A stretch of 64,000 bases of DNA, from assembly GCF_018350175.1 (NCBI RefSeq), contig NC_058382.1:53322001-53386000 (forward strand). The letters run 5' to 3'. Below the pieces are notes generated by a model. The model was not told the origin of the DNA and did not search any database. It saw nothing but the letters and a program-made list of their open reading frames with translations. The stretch comes from Felis catus. Lineage: Eukaryota. Shown piece by piece: positions 13,616 through 28,029 of the stretch. Numbering within the stretch: position 1 is the first letter of the stretch; each line of letters starts with the position of its first letter. The position numbers and the translations under genes are program-made.

Positions 13616-15676
13616 CTGTAAGTGGAATGAAAGGAATTTTAACACTATTTAGACAAGGACTCAGATGCAGTGGAAAGGGAAAGCTAGATTTCCTTATACG
13701 ATTTCTCTCTTTTTTTCTAATTTGGAGACTTATTTCTGCTAAGGGCACTTCGGTAGAACTTGGGGTTTCTTTGTTAAACACACACACACACACACACACA
13801 CACGCGTGCATTTGCATTTGCCACTCTTAGCACACTGCAAAGTTTTTAGTAAGGGTGATCTCTAAAACTGCCCTTCACTAAGGAGTTAACCTTCTCTTAA
13901 AACCAGCCACCCAAACCCCATTCTGCCAGCGCCTCTCTGCTTTGTAACCTTGGGGGCCAAACCCCGCTTATGATACTGAGCTGCCCTGTGGAGTCCTAAC
14001 AAAATGCTTAAGGGTGGCACGACTGTTTTTCCTCCCAAGTCCTGTCCCTCAGGAGGTGACTGCAGGCCTCCTGCATGGCACTCTTATTTTGAGAATGTGT
14101 TTGCCTAAAAGCTCTCCTCTGAGGCCGAGCGTCTTGCATAAAGGGGATCTCCATTTCTGCCTCTTCAGGGGGAAACTGCGTATCTCCTCGTTGGGAATCA
14201 GAGAGAAAAAAAAAAGCCGAAAAAACAAACAAACAAAAATCTCCAAAGCAGAGAACAGCTAGCTAAGTTCAGCACACCGAAGAAGTGCATGTACCATGAA
14301 GACTTTTGTTAAGCCACATTAAGTGTGGATTCAGGAGTTCAATCCAAACTGGCACCTAAAGGGAAGGTCTAAATGCAGTGGGTATAGTGTCTTTGCGTTC
14401 TGTGAAAAAGAGGAAGGAAGACAAGGTGATCGACTGGTCAGAGCTCACCCCCGCCAAGCGCAACCTGTTTTCTGCCAAACAAGGCCTCCGTTCAGAGTTG
14501 CAGTATTATCTTAAAAAAACAAAACAAAACAAAACAAAAAAAAACCCCAAAAGCCCGAAAACAAAATAAAACAGAAGTCATCAAGTTTGGCTATATTTTG
14601 CGAACAGGGTTGGCTTTGTCTAACATTCTTTGAGCATTCTCTGGGAGGTTGATTAGGAGTGCAAACTGCACGGATTTGTAACATTAGTTGCATGAATTTG
14701 TGTCATTTTAAAATAGGTCAGCGCTGTTAGGGAAGGTGGCTGGACTGACTTCCTCAGTCATCTTTTTAAGTTAGCCTCCTGACACAGCCTCTTTGGGGGC
14801 AAATACCCATCAATTAAAGCACAGCCTTTATTCGACCAAGGCGTTACTTTTTGCTCGCTTGTATTTCTGGAGTTAAGGTGATTGGAAATCACTGCCAACT
14901 CGCCTAAGTGGAGAAGCCCTCTGCTAAATATTCACAGTGAAGTATGATTTAATAACACAGTTCAAATCCAGAGATGTACTTGGGGTTATGTAAGTAAGGA
15001 GGAGGGGGGTTCTTGTTCCTGTTTAAGACAAATGACCTTCCAAATTACAAAAAAACAAACAAACAAAAAAAACCCAAAACCCAAAAACCAACAAACAATT
15101 TGATTTGTCCAAAGTGTTGATGTTAAGTCGTGGCAGGCCTTGCTACCAAGAAAATCATAGTGTGTAAAGGGAAGAAGGAAAAATACTCAATTTTAGCGAA
15201 AAGGCAAGGATTGTTTATCTTTACCATTAAATGCATATGTGTCCAAGCCCCGTCTGCCAGGCCCTGTCTGCCCGGCCCATTTCTTTCTAGATTGGCTTGC
15301 TGTTGGACCAGAAGCTCAGGGCAATGCTGAGAAGGCCCTACTCTCTCTGGTTGGGATTTTCGTTTGTTTGTTTTCACCAGAGGGCAATGATGTCTCAACT
15401 CACTTGAAAACTGAAAACTTGTGGGGAAGGGCATTTTGAGAGGTCAGAATTTACATTTATATTAAATATTGCTAATTATTCAAAGGGACTGTCCCCCCCC
15501 CTCCCCCCAGCTTCACCGAACAGCCTATGTTTCACCCTGAATGATTGCCTCCCTACTCCTCCATTAATCCTTCCTCTGGAGATAAAGGATGCATTTTACA
15601 CTTCTAATGCGGTTTTGGGCCCAGTTAAACTGCACACTAAGAAGCTGAGCACGGAATCAAAAAAAAAAAAATGCAG

Positions 15677-15682
15677 TTTATT
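15677..15682 (-). terminator. MAF: Polyadenylation signal AATAAA (intronic poly(A) site, short isoform)
   Basis: Plus tttatt equals minus AATAAA, followed by CTGCA and a U11 tract plus GU-rich sequence, at the end of the AU-rich UTR. Confidence 0.7.
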
Positions 15683-17818
15683 ATTGTAGATTATTCTTTC
15701 TCTCGATATAACCAGAATTGAAAATGAAAGAAAAGCACATAGGAACATCACGCGTGGTTAGTTAGTAACTCAAGATATAAAACAATTTTGCACAGCAAAA
15801 TATGTAAAAGAAAAGTAACTGACAAGATTTTTTTATATTTATTGTGGTAAGATTTACTTTTCATTTTTTTTTTTTTTTAAAGACAGGATGTCAGTCCCTG
15901 AAAAGAACATTTACTGATTATTGCCTTTAAAACTGTGGATTTTTTTTTTTAAGTTACAGAAAATCCAGTTCTGCACCACAATACAACTGTAAAAAAATCT
16001 GCGTCTTAAAACTGTGCAGTAATGCCATTTTTATAACTGCATAAATTGTATTAGCGTTCTAAACAGTTTTGCAAATTCTTTTTGTATTATATGCTTGCAG
16101 GTTATATCTTAGTGCAATTCAGTCCCAAATACTTTAAATTTGAAAAAAAACACATACATTTTGAATGTAAAATACCCCTACAGATATAAACAGGGGTGTT
16201 TCCCCTTTAATACTTTGGTTTTCAATACAGTCAGTGGTATAGCAAAGACTACAGATATCCAACTTATATTTTAAGTTGCGAGCACATGCTTGAATAAGCT
16301 ACTTTTTTTAAACAGTCCCCTTGCAAACTCTACCCCCCTTAACATCACAACAGTAAACAATTTAGTGCATCAATCTTTAAAAAAATCTACAGCTAAACAG
16401 ACCTAACTCTTTCAAATTTATCTATAACATTCCTTTATCTGTAGCATACATTTTAACTGGGCTAACAGATTATAAAAACTAGAATTAAATTATATACTAG
16501 AAACCCATAGCATTCCACATTTGACAATGACCAAAAGCCAAAAAGAAAAAAAAAATAATAATAATAAAAATAAAACAAACCAAAAATCACGGGGCAGAAT
16601 TCTTTTTTTTTTCTTTTTTAAAAATAAATTTTAGACTGCTTTCTGCAACAGCACAATTTTAGTCCCCCAAAGTGGGGTGTCATTCTTATTAAAAAGAAAG
16701 CATGAAGAGTTCTTTACTGTTAGATTTTTAACCCATTCTGGCATCTTTGACAAGGAATGCCTTCAGTGCATTTCCAATGGGAGGCTGAAGTTCTGAGTAA
16801 CTCAAAGCAGTTTGGGGGATGCAAACTTTCATGGGAAGAAGGCTCTAGGGTGGCACTTTGTTCTGAACTCAAAAAAGTCATGAGGCAATAAAACAAAAGT
16901 ATGAATACCATGCCATAAGTCTTCGAACGTCCATTTCCAAGCCAAAAGGAAAAAAAAAAAAGAAAAAAATAATTATACCATACATGTCCAGCATGCAGGC
17001 TTTTTTTTTATTAATATAATGTCTCTTTTCCATAAAGTCTTTGAAACAGTTATAGTTCATTGTTGCTAAGACAAAGTAGCAAGCGTAATAATGCATGAGA
17101 TGAGAATGAGTTTTTTAATGGCAGACTAAACTCTCAGATTTGGCATGATAAGGCCAAAACTCACAAGTCACACCCAGAAGGTTGATGCGGGCTTGATTGT
17201 GGCAGGTTCATGAGGATTTTTTTTTTTCTCTCTCTCTAGTTTAGCATAACAATGCTAAAAAAAACCCCGATGGAACTCAGCGCGCTGCAAGTCTATAACA
17301 TTTCACATTTTTTTTTCCTTTGCAAGCTCAATCTCACATATGAAGAACTCAGGAGGAGGAAAAAAAAAACTTAGCTTTTTTTTTTTTTCTTTTTCTTTTT
17401 TTCTTTTATCTCTGAGGAGATGGGTGGAAGGAGCCTGAGGGTGGAGGTCGGGAAAAAGGGCAACAACACAGCAAGCTCCAAAAAAGTAAAATTAAAAACA
17501 AAAAAAAAATCCAAACAAAATAAAACACACACACACACAGAAAATGAACACCAGCTCATGAACTGAAAAAGAAGAAGAAGAAGAAAAAAAAAACCCCACA
17601 AAAACAAAACCTGTGAATGATGCCGGCTTCAAAGGTGAGCATGACGAACTCTGCTGAGATCTTTGAACACGGTGGGGGTGGGGGGGGGTGGGGGTGCGGT
17701 TTGTAAATAAAAACAAGCTAGCAAGTTATGGAGAATTTCAGATTGGCAATCCATGAGCCAGACATCCACTCCCTCCCCATTAAAAAACAGCCACCACCAC
17801 CGCCAACTGGGAGCAGGC

Positions 17819-17872
17819 TGTGTGTGTGTGTGTGTGCGCGTGTGTGTGTGCGTGTGCGTGTGTGTGTGTGTG
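17819..17872. repeat. (TG)n/(CG) alternating purine-pyrimidine tract
   Basis: Direct reading; reads as (CA)n in the MAF transcript. Confidence 0.95.
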
Positions 17873-18007
17873 CAGGGGCACGGGGCCTATCTCGGCAGGG
17901 GAGGGGGCGAGGTGGCGGCGAGCACGGCTCTGGAAGTAGCAAGCCCACACCCGAGTCGGACCCCCACGGAGCACTTATCAAGGTGGCTAGCTGGGATCGC
18001 GTGTCAG

Positions 18008-19980
<1,973 letters not shown>

Positions 19981-19989
19981 GAGTTTAAA

Positions 19990-20160
19990 GCAATTGCTGA
20001 GTTTTATAGCACTTGTGACGTCAGGTCCAAATGGGAAATTGACTGGTACTCCAGGCCAATGGGAGGCGGCGAGAGCGGCCGCGATTAGCATAATAGATAG
20101 AAACAAGGAAACTTTTCGGAGCTGTCAATCAGGGCCCAATCAGCTGACTGTCAGCTGGGA
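19990..20160 (-). promoter_or_regulatory. MAF: MAF core/proximal promoter; TSS estimated near 19970-19985
   Basis: TATAAAA on minus at 20008-20002. Perfect CRE TGACGTCA at 20016-20023. AT-flanked half-MARE AATTGCTGAG at 19992-20001. CCAAT at 20056-20060 and 20136-20140. Palindrome CAGCTGAC-T-GTCAGCTG at 20141-20157. The TSS is inferred only from TATA spacing. Confidence 0.85.
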
Positions 20161-21269
20161 CAGGCTGGCTTAACCCTTTGCGCGCCGCAGCCTCCCAGGG
20201 AGGGAGCGAAGCCTGGCGCAAAGTTTGGCGCAAGAGGGGAAGGAGTAGTCCCGAGGGGCTTCGGGAACCCGGGAGGACCCTCTGCTTTACTTCGGAGCGC
20301 GAGAGAGGCCTGCCTTCCGGAGCGCCGGCTTGCCCCCCCCTCGCTCTGCCGGGGGATTGGCCTGTCTCCCCTCCCCGGGAGCCCCCATCCTCGGGACTGC
20401 GAATTCGCTCGGCATCTTTTTTCCTCTTTGCTCCACCTTTGGCACCCAGGTGTCTGCTCCAGGAACCTTCCTTCCCGGAGCCGTGGCTGTGCCCGGAGCT
20501 CAAACTTGGCCCTTCGAACCAAAGAGCGCAAACTCTTTGTCCCTCTTCCCGGGGCCCGCGCGCTCGGGGGCGCAAGGGTGCTGGGGGCTCAGGGTCCCGA
20601 CTGCGCGCAGGACGCCACTTCTCCGCGTGCAGCCCGAGTGGTTCCGAGTCCGCGCGGGGAGAAAGCCCGTTTTGTCGCCCTCTTTGAAGGAAGGGAGATA
20701 AGTTGTTCGGGGGCCATTACGCGCGGGGACTGGCTGCCCGCTGGCGTCGCGTGCCCTGGGGGGGGGGGGGGGGAGCGAACGCCTACGCGAGTTAACTCCG
20801 CAGAAGCTCAGAGCCTGGTCAGCCGGGCTCTGCCCTTGGGCTTCCAACTCTGGCCCGAGTTCGGCCTTAGAGATTCATATTTGTCTCTCTGTCTCTGTCT
20901 CTCTCTCTGTCTCACCCCACCTCCCCCATAGACACACGCACACTCACGCACACGCTCACCCACCCCCATATGAAATCTGACTCCTGTTTATCAGGGTCCC
21001 GCGCGCCCTTTGCACTTTCACGTTTCACTGAATTATTTCAGACTTGGCGCTGGAGAGGAGCAAGGGGTGTTTGTACGCGGGGGTAAACAACACCCCAGCC
21101 TTCCCCAACTCCCCTCGAAGGGTTAAATTTTAAACCGCGGCTTCTCGACCAGCCCGGAAACCCACAGTGGGGGTGGGGGGGGGGTGGGGGGGCGCTGCCT
21201 CTCCCCCCTCCCTGTTGCAGATGCTAATAACTATTCAGTTTTCTAGATGGATTCATTTAAAGCTTATGC

Positions 21270-21282
21270 AAAAAAAAAAAAA

Positions 21283-21322
<40 letters not shown>

Positions 21323-21353
21323 AAAAGTAAAGAAAAAGAAGAGAAAAGAAAGA
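21270..21353 (+). repeat. A15-(GAAA)n polypurine tract
   Basis: Direct reading; about 1.3 kb upstream of the MAF TSS. Confidence 0.95.
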
Positions 21354-24300
21354 ACCAACAACTGTTTCTAAGATTTTAAAGCGATAGGCAAGTCGGAGAA
21401 ACCGAGATTTATTTGGGGGAAAGCAAGCGTGCGCCAAGCCGACCCAGCTTTTGGAAGACCAGCCCGCCTACTTGGATGTTGAGACTGTTGATTCCTCCAA
21501 TTAATGAAATGCATTCGGTGTTAATCATATTTATTTTACTTTATGGGAGGGGGGAGACGCTAGGAGGGCGCACTTAAAAAAAAAAAAAATTCTGAAAAGC
21601 CTGCAAAAGAATCCAAGAGTGAAAACTATTGTTGGATTTTTACCTCAACAGCGCCACCTTTCGGCAAAGGTCAGTTGAAATTGATCCCTGTCCAGTTTTG
21701 TTGATGAAGTGCAAAGAAGCTGGTTTTCCAAGGTGGGAGGGGGACTGAGGCACAGAGAGTCAGTTTGACTGTAGAGCGAGAACCCGACCTTGTAGGAAAG
21801 GGGCTAAGGAGAGTGTTGGCAGGTGCGGGAGTCATTTTTCCCCCCAGTGTCCCCCTCGAATGTCAACAAAGAGGCCAGAAGACACAGAAGCCTTCCGAGT
21901 GTGGCTTTGCAGAGACTTTTGCAAATGACTCCCATGTAACAGGGCCCCAAACCCTTTAAAAGTGCCCAGGATGGATTTTCAACGGGCTTTATGGCAATAT
22001 CAATAGAATTAAAGTTACTTGTAATTCGGTGATAAATGAGATGTCTCTAGTAAGTATGATTAAGTGCAGTGCTATAAACTTGTTTATCTGAAAAGTAATT
22101 CTCAGAAAACCTGACTTCTGACACTTAGTCATATATTAAGCTAGCTTCTTGAACGTTGCACTTCAGAACTGCTCTCACCCACCCCACGGCATCCTTGACT
22201 ATTTATAATGAGACCTTAGGTGGCACTCATTGGCTTCTTACACCAGATTAGACTTGTGTTAATTTCTTTGAAGCTGGCAGCCTTCAGCTCCAGCACACCC
22301 AGAATCCCTAATGAGAGACTCCCCAAAGGGTTTGTAGGCACATCGTAACCCTAAGAGGCCAGTGCCATTGGTGTTTTCCAGAAAAGCGCTTTTTTCCTTT
22401 TCATTATTGCTGCAGAGAAGCTGTTTATAAGGATAGTTTGGGTTTTATGGGAGCACTTTGTAGGGTTGGAATGAAGTATGTCTATTACCAGTTGGGAAGA
22501 AAGAGTGAAACTGTGTCAATATTTATGCAACCTAACAGAATTCCTTTGCTTTCCTCCTCTCACACAGTATTTTACCTAGTAATGAAGTGAAGAGATTATA
22601 GCTTATGCATTCAGAGGAAAATCCACTGCTTAAATTACATAAACATATTCTATCTTTTAGCATGGTCCATAGTGATAGTTTTCTATGCCTTTTTTTCTCA
22701 CTAGCCACACAAATCTGGTTTATATATTTCATGGAAAATGAATATAAGTGTATTTATTGACGCATTTTTTTGTTTGTGATAATTTTTTTTTTATCCTTTT
22801 GCATCACATTTTCCTTAAAAGCTGGAAGATAGGATCCCTGCCTCTCATGAAAGTGTTTTTGGCCAGGAACACTGAAACTGCTACGTTTATAAATAAACAA
22901 CCTTTATAAACAAAGTTTGCTAATGACGAAGACCATGGGATACAGATTCATGGCCGGGCACCTAATTGTTGCAATTATATATCATTTCTAGAAATTAAAT
23001 GTCCATGTTTGGGCAGCTAAATGTATTATTATCTGCACATTTTTTATGGTTTATTTTCGTACCCTCCTGTCAAGCTATGGTATTTTTCTTTCTCTTACTG
23101 CAGTCTTTTACAGTCTCCCGTTTTCTCTTGAAAAAAAAAAAGAGGATTAGAATTATTTTTCAGATGGGAAGCAGTAGTGCTTTTAGAACTGAATTCTCAT
23201 TTTTGTCCTTTTTGCTTTATTAGTTAGTGATTCACAGGGGTGTCTAAACATTTACAGTTCTCTGTTAGCGGCGTTTCTTTTGTAACAATTGAGCTCTCTC
23301 ATTTTAATTAGTACTATTCAGATTTTTGATTCTCTATAATTACAGCAAGGCCACATTTCTTTAGACTTCTTTGGGAACATTGTTTCACTTCTTCCAAGCT
23401 AGTCTAATCCAAATACAATATGAACTGTGTTTTCTTACTGCTTAATACCCCCTTGCTATATATACTCTAGTAATCTCTGTAGAACAATATAGAGTAATTT
23501 AGAAACCATGCGTTTGTCATTATTGACCAATTCAAACCAGTAGTATTAAAGTTTCTGAAAGCAGTGAATATTTATAGAAGAATGTGGAGGGGGAGGGTAT
23601 GGGTCGAATCCTGTAGAGGATGATTGCAACACTGGAACATCAAAGACTCAGTTGTAGTTTTATGTCAGTACATACATAGGAACTTCATGAAAAAAGAAAG
23701 GAAAAAAAAACCAACTTGTTCATGTCCAAATTACAATGATTAAACGCTAAAAGTAACATATTTCTCTTCACTGTGAGTTACAGCAACTCAGGTATATCAT
23801 GTCAAAATCAGACATCTGTAATCTAAAAAGAACAAGATGTATCAAGGGCAGCGTCTGAACTCTTTGTTTATCCAGAAACTGATTTTACGGTGCAGAACTA
23901 ACGAGTGTCCACTCATTTCACCAGGAAAGCAACTAACTTGATTTGAGGAAAGAGTTGCTCAGAGTAACTGAATGGTGTAAGACGTATAGTGTTCTTAGGT
24001 CTCGTGTTAGATAAATCCTTTTAACAGTCTTTAGTTAGCTGGGTAAGTAAATCACAAATCACTGTGAGCAGATCCATGGAAGAAAATTAATAGAATCAGA
24101 CGAGATAATCTGATAAGGGTAAAATTGCTGAGGAAACAGTCTTGCCTCATATTGGAGAATGTGAAACACCAGTCTGATTACTAGGAGTCGTTATGAATAG
24201 GTGAATTATGTGCTAAATAATCATCAGAGTAATTCAGCATTTATTAATTCTTTTCTCTTTAAGCAATTCACAGTTGTAAGTTAAAGCCGCTCTCTCTTTG

Positions 24301-27300
24301 AAGACACATCTTTTATAATTTTTATTAGAGGTAATTTATTATTTGCATTACCTGTATTTACTTCATAATTGAACATTTTGCATTCAAATTTATGTAATGC
24401 ATTATGCTTGAGAATATATTTCTGCCTGATTAGCATAAATAGTCACTTACCTCGTGAATTACTAACAAAGTTTATCTTAAAATATAGGTTTTTTTATTAA
24501 GTGGAACACAAACATATGTACAATAAATTCTGATTTTCCGGTGCAGTTAGAGAACAACTCATTTGGTTTCGGGGAAGCCAGGCTGCAAAGGAGGAGAGCA
24601 ATCATGAGGAGGAAGCAAAATATAGACAAGGGAGATGCGCGGGTCTCTTTCTAGGGGGTGTCATTCAGCAGGGGGTGGGGGGTGCGTCTGCGGGGGAGGA
24701 CAGGGGGAGGCACCGGAGAGGCTAGGCTCTTCATACACTGGACTGCTTGCTAGAGGGTTTAGACAAGCGAGGCCGTGGGTCCTGAAAGAGCCTGTAACGA
24801 GGTGTCGTCCCCACCTTGGGAAGAACCACGGAAGGGAAGTGACGTGGCATTGGCCGTTGGCGGGTTTTGTTTATTTTGTCTGTTCGGTCTCCCCAGAACA
24901 CAACACACATCCTTTATGAAAACGTTTGTTCTTTTTGCACAAGAGATGTGAAAAACCCAGCCATGTCTTCAAGTGAGAATTCCTGGGACGAGCTCCCCAA
25001 ATAAACTCCCTCTCTTCACCCGGAAAAAAAGATGCCCAGGATGGCCTGGCAGACAGGAGGCTTTGGACAGACTTTCGCGCACCCACGAACCCCTGAACGA
25101 AAAGGCTTCTTTAGGTTTTTAGGCAGCAGATAGAGAGATACAGCATGACGAGTTCTCTCTCTCCACCCCTGCCATTCCAAATCAACAGATTTCCATGACT
25201 TCCTTTTGTTTGTTTTTTTTTTTTTTTTTTTTTTTTTTCAGGGCATAGCCATCTCCTTAGATTTCTCACCTCCCACCCCCGCCTCCCAGTTAGGACCTTC
25301 TTAGATTTACCCCTCCCTTGGGATCTTACTCACAGCTTAGACTGATGAGGGAATACGTCTCAAAAGCATTCAACCCTTCAAAGATGTTTCTTGTGCTGAA
25401 ATCAGAACTGATAAAAAAAAAAAGGAATGAAAAAAAAAGGGGGGGGGACCTGATATTGGGACAGTGTTTATTCAGGCTGTGCCTTTTATACGCTGTAACT
25501 CAGAGGACAGGCTGTTGGGGGTGGTAGCTCTGTGAAGTTTGGGTCCCTCTTCCTCCTACCCCTGGGGATGGAGGGATTCGAAGGTCCCTTTCCAGACACG
25601 TTTAGCACTCACTGCACCTAGGAAACCAAAAGTTCTGGAAAACAGAGACCAAACTTAACTACTTGTGTGATTGCCAGGGACGTGGTGATGTAGATGATTT
25701 CTGAATTCGTGTGTTTCTGAATTTGTTTGGCTGCCCGAGCAAAGGGATGGGTTATGCTGAGCTTTCTCTCCTGCTGTTCTGTTCGCAGGAAATGCCAAAT
25801 ATGCCCCGTGACACCTCACGGCATCGTCCCTCCATCATGATAGTGTTCCTGATCAGACAAAGAGGTGGGGGCAGCCAAATACAAATCAGATCCCAATTTA
25901 TAGATCTTACGTTCGTATTTCTTTCTGGTCGGTTCGCAACAGTGACCCATGCTTTTGGCCAAACAGCAACATTTAAACAAGGCAGAAATAGGAGGCTATC
26001 AAACAAAAGAAACCACTAATTCCTTATCCAGCCCAAGCCCCTGATCCTGGCCTCAGGTGCTACTGCCTCGAACGATGGGCGTCCATGAGCGTATTTCCAT
26101 GGCATGGAATCAGCTCCAACATAGTTCCTCAGCTCGTGCTGTTAGCAACACGTGCACCTCGACAATCTCAAAAAGCAGCTGGGGTGCTCTTCTCTGCTTT
26201 AGGCAGAATTCACCTAATAGCATCTCAGACCTGGGGAGGTTTACGCATCTGACCTCAACACCCTCCGTCCGACCAATGCATGATCAGAATTGGCCTCACA
26301 ACACTCGGGCCGTGAGTCAGCAGGCAGGACTGATTTACACACAGCAGACACCATGCCTCAGGCCCATGAGACTATTAGGGGCCCGGGAAAACACCTTCCT
26401 GTCTTTTAAAGTCAGACGGAAAGAAATGAATGTAATCGAGTATGCATTATATCTGTCATTATGCCAACACGGTCATAAAATAATACTTAATTTTGTGTAT
26501 GGAAGAAAGGGGTCTACGGAACGCAAAGTGCCTAGCGCCCACGGAAGTCCAAGTGTGGCCCAACAGCATGCACTTGATCACCTCTAGTGACGGGGCACTC
26601 ACTACCTCTCACTTTCACCCTCCACCCTGTCCATCTATTTTTTCCACAGGTCTGGAGGTTGTTAGGACAGCTTTCCATTTGTTTGGCTCGTATGAAGTTA
26701 GCCTCTTTGTCTACACCTGAGTCCTTATTTCATCCCCTCAAAGGTCCTGTATAATGAGTCCTCACATCCCCCAGGGGCTCTGAGGAATGGAAGACCAGCA
26801 ATAGGACATCCTCTCCCTCCCTTTTGGTTTTCACTGTAAACACAGTCAGTGCCTTTGGCATTTCCACCTATGCCTCAATGTCAAGTGCCCCTGCCTCCTG
26901 GTTGCTGACTGCCAGACGGGGCCACCTGGTTGCTCCCCTGTCTGCGGGCTCAGGTCCTAGAACTAAACCCAGATCCCCAGGTGTGAGCCTCTCATCACAG
27001 AGCAACCACCGCCCTCCACCTCCGTGAGCCGCGGTCTGTCTGCTCCCCATGCAGACCGTAATTTCACCAGCCTCTCTGGCAGACACAGAACACCGGTGTT
27101 TTCCTCCCACACTACCCCGTCTTCCATTTGTGTGCTTATGTTTTTGAACCCGAGCACAGGAACAGAGAACAATCCCAGTAGACTGTGTCTCCCTTAGACT
27201 CAGCCCGTTCCCTGCTTGTCTAAATCTCTTTGGATCCAGAATGTGCCATCGACTAGTTTGAATTTGCTTCCCAGCCTCGGGCCAGCTCCAAATGAAACTG

Positions 27301-27614
27301 ATGTGCTTTTTACATGACTTAACCTCTCTGCAGCTGGTCCCACCTCTGCAAAGTGGGATATTGTCAGGGTTACAGGGAGAAGTGTCTCCCGCCACGTGAG
27401 GCCACAGATGGTCCACCAATGGTCGGTGCTCTTGTACATTTCTTATTATCCCCGCCCCCCCCCCCCCACCGACTTGTGGGCAGCAACAGCGGAAGGCACA
27501 AAGCCCTGTGGTACCCCAGGAGAGACTGTCCTCCCCAACCTCAATCACTATGCAAACCGACCTAACGGATGAGTCAGGTCCCCTCGCGGATGTTGTAAGT
27601 CGAATGGGTCTACG

Positions 27615-27981
27615 ACACCACGCATCACCCGGACACGGCAAATCGAAACCAAAAGGAGATGTCACCTCACACCTGTTAGGATGGCCTTTATCAAAAAGAC
27701 AAACGGTAAAGAGTGTTGGTGACGATGTGGAGAAGAGGCACCCTTGTGCACTGCTGGTGGCATTAGAAATTCGTAGAGTCGCTGTGAAAAACAGCAGGGA
27801 GGTTTTTCGAAAAATTAAAACTAAAACTACCATACGGAATTTACCCCGAAGTCCCAAGGAAATGACTTCAGCATCTCAAAGAGATACCTGTGTTCTCATA
27901 TTCACTGCAGAATTATTCCATTAGCCGGGATATGGAAACAACCTAAGTGTCCACTGACAGGTGAATGGACAAAAAAAAAAG

Positions 27982-28029
<48 letters not shown>

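Noticed and set aside
17251..17258. AATGCTAA as a miR-155 site
   Set aside because: It is preceded by C rather than T, so seed position 2 is not a Watson-Crick match.
26868..27857. 329-aa minus-strand ORF
   Set aside because: Its 5' part is antisense L1 sequence and the rest has no recognisable protein features.
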